A DNA stretch of 64,000 nucleotides from an uncultured Spirochaetota bacterium (GTDB lineage Bacteria > Spirochaetota > Spirochaetia > SZUA-6 > Fen-1364). A model generated the notes under the pieces. That model did not search any database. It was not told where the DNA came from and was given only the letters and a program-made list of their open reading frames with translations. Both the position numbers and the translations under genes were made by a program. The stretch lies in assembly GCA_963781885.1 (NCBI GenBank), contig CAWAHW010000002.1:192001-256000 (forward strand). The letters are read 5' to 3'. This document shows, piece by piece, positions 59,006 to 64,000 of this stretch (within the stretch, counting starts at the first letter, position 1; every line of letters begins with the position of its first letter).

Positions 59006-59087
59006 GACGGCATTCTACCAGAGCCGGCGCCGGGGACGAAGTCTGTCAAAGGGGAAAATGGCATGATCAGCTTCTTCGGCAATGAGC

Positions 59088-60917
59088 CTACGGAGCGCCG
59101 TTTTTCGCCCCCCGGTCGGATGCCGGCAGGGACGCGGAGGACGCGGGCGCCGCGGGGCCCATCCAGCCCTCGATCTCGTGGGCGACGTTGGAGGGCAGCG
59201 TGCTGCGGGAGCCGCGTCTGAGGGCGGCGCGCACGGTCTCCGCGTCCAGGCCGGCCGCCCGGGCGCGGGCCAGCGACGCCCGTGTGATGCGGAACAGCAC
59301 GCCTACCTCACGGCCGATCCTTTCGCAGAACCTGCCCAGCTCCGCCTCCGCGGCCGGCGACCGTGAGAGAAACACCACCTCGTAGTTGGGCTGCACGATA
59401 AGCTCAGGGAGGCGGGGCGCAGGCTCGGGGCTCTCGGGCAGGCCGTCACGCGGCAGGCCGATGAGACCGCGTCCGACGTCGGTCATGCGGAAAGCGGGCC
59501 TGCCCTCCGTGTCGAGCCCCGCCTCTGCGCCGCCCAGCGACAGGAGGCACCTGCCGAGGAAGATGCCGAGAAACGATTTCCAAAGCTCCTCCAGCGCCTC
59601 CTCGGTTGCAAGAGCCGGCGCGACCCGGTCGGGCTCTGCCCCGACGTGCGGCATGCCTCCCGCCGGGAGGCTGGCCGTGCCGAGAGGGGAGCCGATGGCC
59701 GCCTGGTATTCGGCAAAATCGGAGAAACGGATATAGGTCGTCACGGGGACGAATGAAAAGGCCTGCTCGAGCCAGGGACGTATCTCCTCCTGGGCCTCCC
59801 CCGCGGTTGTCCACTCCTCGTCCAGCAGGGCAAAGACGCGCGACGCGCGGCCCGCGCCGCCGGCGAGCGCGGTGAGGACGGCGTCTCGGCGCGCCGCAAG
59901 CGGCTTGCCCAGCCATTGCTGCGCCTGCGGTCCGGGGGCGAGGGGAGCCGCGCCTCCCGCCGCGTCCGCGGGCGCCAGGAGTCCGACGATGCGCAGGGCC
60001 TGGAGCGCAAGCCCGATCCGTCCCTCCAGGGACAGCTCCGTGACCCCCTCCAGCCAGTCGGGCACGGTGAGGAGCATGTCGCCTGCCGACTCGACGAAAC
60101 GTGCAAACGGCTTGTCGTCGCCGCGCCGCAGCGGGATGGGCTCCACAAGCGCGCACATCAGGAGGCTCGTCATGTCCTCCACGAGGAAGGGGTGACGGAA
60201 GACGTCGGTGACCTTCACCGGCTCGGGCGCGAGCACCACGGAGAGCCTACGCAGCCGCCGCGCCGCGGCGGGCCATACGCCGATGAGCGGCTCCAGGTCC
60301 GTGCGGCGAAGCCCGAGGAAGAACACCGCGCGCTGCACGCCGTAGCGTGCGCCGGCGCAGAGGTCCTCCCGGGGGACGCCGGGGAAGTATTCCTCCAGGT
60401 CGCGGACCGGGATGCGGTCCCTCTGCTCGGTGAAGAAGGCGAGCATCGCGCGGGCGGCGGCGCCCTCTGCCGCGTCGGCGTCGCGCGTCGCGCGCGAGAG
60501 GGCCGCCTGGAGCCATTCCATCGACGAGACGAATCCCGCCACGCGCGGGAGGTCGTTCGGCAGCAGCGCCATCGACTCGTGGAGCTGCGACCTCTCCTGC
60601 GACGTGTAGTGCTCGCCGAGATAGGAGCACAGCGCGGCAAGGCCGGGAAGCTCGAACAGCGGGCATCGCTCGAGGGACTTCAGGACGTGGTGGAACGGGG
60701 CGTGCTCATCGGGGACGACCCGGTAGCCCGGGCGGTCGGCCACCGCGAGCAGGCCGCTGTCCAGGAGCTCGTCGTCGGAGGCATCGCCGCGCGCCGCTTC
60801 GATGACGAGACCCGGCGCGCACCCGGAAAGAAAGGCCCGGCGGGCCGGTATCGATATCTCGCCCCAGAGGGAAAGCTCGTCGAGGAAAGCGCCCCAGTCC
60901 GCGGGGAACAGCCTCAT
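59088..60917 (-). CDS. Helicase-associated protein with C-terminal XPB-NTD/p52-like (Helicase_C_3) domain
   Basis: C-terminal LIVQPNYEVV...FRITRASLARARAAGL...LPSNVAHEIEGW; ATG overlaps XPB stop. Confidence 0.75.
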   Translation of the reverse strand: MRLFPADWGAFLDELSLWGEISIPARRAFLSGCAPGLVIEAARGDASDDELLDSGLLAVADRPGYRVVPDEHAPFHHVLKSLERCPLFELPGLAALCSYLGEHYTSQERSQLHESMALLPNDLPRVAGFVSSMEWLQAALSRATRDADAAEGAAARAMLAFFTEQRDRIPVRDLEEYFPGVPREDLCAGARYGVQRAVFFLGLRRTDLEPLIGVWPAAARRLRRLSVVLAPEPVKVTDVFRHPFLVEDMTSLLMCALVEPIPLRRGDDKPFARFVESAGDMLLTVPDWLEGVTELSLEGRIGLALQALRIVGLLAPADAAGGAAPLAPGPQAQQWLGKPLAARRDAVLTALAGGAGRASRVFALLDEEWTTAGEAQEEIRPWLEQAFSFVPVTTYIRFSDFAEYQAAIGSPLGTASLPAGGMPHVGAEPDRVAPALATEEALEELWKSFLGIFLGRCLLSLGGAEAGLDTEGRPAFRMTDVGRGLIGLPRDGLPESPEPAPRLPELIVQPNYEVVFLSRSPAAEAELGRFCERIGREVGVLFRITRASLARARAAGLDAETVRAALRRGSRSTLPSNVAHEIEGWMGPAAPASSASLPASDRGAKNGAP

Positions 60918-62725
60918 ACCGGGGCGGGCACCGCGCCTGCGACGCGTATCGCGTACGCGTATCCCTGCTCGCAGAGGAAGAGCTGCCGCTTCAGGGCGAA
61001 ATCCTGCTCCACGGTGTCGCGCGAGACGAGGGAATAGAAGAAAGCCTGGTTGCCGAGCTCCTTCGGCCGGAGGATTCGGCCCAGCCTCTGCGCCTCCTCC
61101 TGCCGGGAGCCGAAGGTGCCGGAGACCTGGATGGCGAGGCTTGCCTCCGGCAGGTCCACGGCGAAGTTCGCCACCTTGGAGACGGCGAGCACGCGTATCG
61201 TGCCGTTCTTGAAGTCGGCGTACAGCTTGTCGCGCACGCCTTGCGGCGTTGCCCCCGTGAGCACGGGGAGGCCGAGCGGCCGCGCAATCGCGGCAAGCTG
61301 GTCGAGGTACATGCCGATGACGAGCGCGGGCTCCCCGGGGTGCGCCGCAAGGATCGCCTTCACCTGGTCGGTCTTCGCGGGATTCTCCGACGCCATGCGG
61401 AACTTCGTGCGCGCATCGGCAACCGCGTAGCTTGCCCGCAGGGAGTCCGGCAGCGGCACGCGGATCTCGGTGCAGACCGCCTTGGCGATCCATCCCTGCT
61501 TCTCCATCTCCTTCCAGGGCACGTCGTACTTCTTCGGACCGATGAGGGCAAAGACGTCATCTTCCTTGCCGTCCTCCCGCACGAGCGTGGCCGTGAGACC
61601 CAGGCGCCGGCGTGCCTGGAGCGACGCGGTGACCTGGAAGACGGGGGCGGGGAGAAGGTGAACCTCGTCGTAGACGATGAGGCCCCAGTCGCGCTCGTTG
61701 AAAAGCGAAAGATGGGGATACGGGGCGATCTCGTCGTCCACCGTCGGATCGGTCGGCTCCAACGCCGCCTTTCCCCGATGCGTGAGCATCTGGTAGGTGG
61801 CGATGGTGATCGGGCGCACCTCCTTGCGCTGGCCCGTATATTCGCCGATCAGTGAAGGGTCGATGTCCGTCTTGTCGATCAGCTCCGCGATCCACTGCCG
61901 CACCGCGGTGATGCAGGTGGTGAGCACGAGCGTGGAGGTCTGGAGCATGTTCATGCAGAGCATGCCGACGATGGTCTTGCCGGCGCCGCAGGGCAGCACG
62001 ATCACGCCGCTTCCCCCGCGTTCCGATCCGCCCATGTGGAAAGCCTCCGCGGCCGCCGTCTGGTAGGGCCGGGGGTCGAAGGGACGGGGCCGGGAGGCCA
62101 TTTGCCGACGCAGGGAAAAGCCGAATGTCTCCCCTGCCGCGTACCCTGCCTGGTCGTCCACGGGGTAGCCGATGCGGATGAGGGCGAGCTTGAGCTGGCC
62201 CCGGGTCTCGGGGCTCACGATGAAGGTGGTGTCGGTGATGCGCCGGGTGAGCAGGAGCGATGCATGCTTGTCCGCGGAGATCAGGTCCGCGAGGCCCTTG
62301 TCGCGGCAGTGCAGCACGAGCGCCACGGCATCGCGCTGGAGCGTGAGGCTGCCGAAGCGCGCTGCATAGTCCTGGATCTCGGTGATGATGTGGTCTGGCA
62401 CGGGGTAGCGGCTCAGGTCGGTGAGCGCGCGGGTGATCTGCTCCGCGCTTTCCCCCGCCGCGCAGGCATTCCATATGGAAAGCGGGGTGATGCGGTACGT
62501 GTGCACGTGCTCGGGCGACTTCACCAGCTCCGCGAAACGCACCAGCGCGTCGCGCGCCTCGGCGTAGCGCGGGCTTGCCACCTCCGCGAGTATCGTCCGG
62601 TCCCCCTGGACGATGAGGGGGCCGGCCGGTGCGGCGCCGGGAGCGCCCGCGGCCGGAGGCGTTCCCCTGCCGTCCCTGTGAGGTCGGTCGTCGCCTGCGA
62701 TCGGTTGATTGATATTTTCTGTCAT
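60914..62725 (-). CDS. XPB/Ssl2-like SF2 DNA helicase
   Basis: PLIVQGD, KSPEHVHTYRITPLSIWNA, GVIVLPCGAGKT, YDEVHLLPA, LGLTATLVREDG, GSRQEEAQRLGRILRPK. Confidence 0.93.
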   Translation of the reverse strand: MTENINQPIAGDDRPHRDGRGTPPAAGAPGAAPAGPLIVQGDRTILAEVASPRYAEARDALVRFAELVKSPEHVHTYRITPLSIWNACAAGESAEQITRALTDLSRYPVPDHIITEIQDYAARFGSLTLQRDAVALVLHCRDKGLADLISADKHASLLLTRRITDTTFIVSPETRGQLKLALIRIGYPVDDQAGYAAGETFGFSLRRQMASRPRPFDPRPYQTAAAEAFHMGGSERGGSGVIVLPCGAGKTIVGMLCMNMLQTSTLVLTTCITAVRQWIAELIDKTDIDPSLIGEYTGQRKEVRPITIATYQMLTHRGKAALEPTDPTVDDEIAPYPHLSLFNERDWGLIVYDEVHLLPAPVFQVTASLQARRRLGLTATLVREDGKEDDVFALIGPKKYDVPWKEMEKQGWIAKAVCTEIRVPLPDSLRASYAVADARTKFRMASENPAKTDQVKAILAAHPGEPALVIGMYLDQLAAIARPLGLPVLTGATPQGVRDKLYADFKNGTIRVLAVSKVANFAVDLPEASLAIQVSGTFGSRQEEAQRLGRILRPKELGNQAFFYSLVSRDTVEQDFALKRQLFLCEQGYAYAIRVAGAVPAPV

Positions 62726-62902
62726 GGTGAAAAGCGCACACAGGATAGTGACGGGGGAAGGGAGGGTCAAGCGGCCCGGCGCACGAGAAGCCGGTTGATA
62801 GCGCGACGTTTTTCCCGCGTGCCCATCGAATGCCCGCAAGGTCTCCATCGGAGTGGCGGTCGGACTGGACAAGGAATGCCGCGTTCTGATCAACTCAAGG
62901 AC

Positions 62903-63418
62903 ATGTCGGTTTCCATACGAGGCGCGCGCGAAGAAGACCTTCCCCGGATCCTCGCCATCTACAACCACGAGGTGACGAGCTCCACGGCGACGTACGACAC
63001 GCAGCCCCGCACGCCCCTGGAGCACCGTGCGTGGTTCACCCACCATGACGATTCCCATCCCGTGCTCGTTGCGGTAACCCCACGAGGCGTCGACGGCTGG
63101 GCGTCTCTCAGCCCCTGGTCCGATCGGGCGGCGTATGGGAAGTCGGTCGAGGTATCGGTGTACGTCGCGGAAGAAGCGCGGCGACGGGGCATCGGGCGGG
63201 CGCTCCTGCAAGCCCTTGTCGATGCGGGGCGCGCGCGGGAGCATCATGCGCTTCTGGCGCGCATCTCGGCCGACAATGACGCAAGCATCCGTTTGCACGC
63301 GGCGCTCGGCTTTTTCGTTGTCGGCACGCTCAAGGAGGTCGGCGTGAAGTTCGGCCGGCTCCTCGACGTCTGCATCATGGAGCTGCTGCTGGAGCCGTCC
63401 GACCGGGCTTCTTCTTGA
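62903..63418 (+). CDS. GNAT N-acetyltransferase, phosphinothricin/methionine sulfoximine acetyltransferase-like
   Basis: ILAIYNHEV, EVSVYV, RRRGIG, NDASIRLH, EVGVKFGRLLDV. Confidence 0.88.
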   Translation: MSVSIRGAREEDLPRILAIYNHEVTSSTATYDTQPRTPLEHRAWFTHHDDSHPVLVAVTPRGVDGWASLSPWSDRAAYGKSVEVSVYVAEEARRRGIGRALLQALVDAGRAREHHALLARISADNDASIRLHAALGFFVVGTLKEVGVKFGRLLDVCIMELLLEPSDRASS

Positions 63419-63449
63419 CACCGTCCTCCGCCGGCGCCAAGGTTGCGGC

Positions 63450-64000
63450 ATGAGTGAAGACGTCAGAAAAAGGGTTGCGTCGCTTTTCCCGGTACAGACC
63501 GATATTCCCGCCGATGCGGATTTCGCGGCCGGCGGCGGCAGGTACGAACGTGGCGTCGATTTCCTGATCGACGGGCGCATCGGTGCGTGGCCGGGTGCGA
63601 CGGTGCAGGCTCTTTCCGCGGTCTGCCTGCGCGCCGCAGACGGCTCGCTGAGCCAGCGCGTGATCGGGCCCGCGGCACGGCAGGACCGGGCAGCGGCCGG
63701 GGAGGCGCTCGCCGCGGCGCGCCGCGCGTGGGACCACGGCCGGGGCGCCTGGCCCACGATGCGGGTGGCGGGCCGGGTGGAGGCGCTGGAGTCATTCGCC
63801 CGCAGGATGCGCGTCGTGCGCGACGAATCGGTTCGGCTCCTGATGTGGGAGATCGGCAAGAGCAGGCCGGACGCGGAGAAGGAGTTCGACCGCACCGTCC
63901 AGTACATTACCGACACCGTGGAGGCGTTGAAGGAGACCGACCGCGCGGGGGCGCGCTTCTCCGCCAACGCGGGCGTGCTTGCCCACATCCGCCGGGCCCC
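63450..64000 (+). CDS. gapN: Aldehyde dehydrogenase family, non-phosphorylating NADP-GAPDH-like (3' end outside window; not in ORF track)
   Basis: Hand translation MSEDVRKRVASLFP...AWDHGRGAWPTM...LLMWEIGKSRPDAEKEFDRTVQYI...IRRAP. Confidence 0.75.
   Translation, partial: MSEDVRKRVASLFPVQTDIPADADFAAGGGRYERGVDFLIDGRIGAWPGATVQALSAVCLRAADGSLSQRVIGPAARQDRAAAGEALAAARRAWDHGRGAWPTMRVAGRVEALESFARRMRVVRDESVRLLMWEIGKSRPDAEKEFDRTVQYITDTVEALKETDRAGARFSANAGVLAHIRRA

Noticed and set aside
62726-63988. Long N-terminal extension on XPB (1,024-aa ORF)
   Set aside because: Antisense to the GNAT and gapN-like genes; XPB homology begins after 62725

Overview
High-GC bacterial chromosomal window, densely coding (about 57 CDS). 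I saw no rRNA, tRNA, CRISPR array, integrase or transposase. Content: partial icd; an SPFH gene with a small RHH gene that the ORF track missed; scattered anaerobic purine-catabolism genes (8-oxoguanine deaminase-like, ygfM-xdhD-ygeW, mocA-like, adenosine deaminase); TetR-MFS and TetR-ABC efflux units with visible operators; lipid enzymes; an FTR1 iron permease with an Rrf2/IscR-like box; several sugar-catabolism genes (two FGGY kinases, class II aldolase, PMI-like cupin, two Gfo/Idh/MocA, isomerase-araB-araD); transporters; redox enzymes; an XPB helicase with its partner gene; and partial gapN. Seven single-base frameshifts split six genes and look like long-read indel errors. Best novelty candidates: (1) a ~1,407-aa protein (18191-22415, minus strand, once one frameshift is repaired) fusing an N-terminal RelE-like domain to an SF1 helicase and TPR region that resembles eukaryotic TRANK1, possibly a single-gene defence system; (2) a 9-copy, 27/28-bp tandem array of hairpins (31905-32144) between two divergent promoters; (3) a bacterial XPB plus p52-like pair. 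Protein family assignments come from motif recognition and recalled family knowledge, not database searches.
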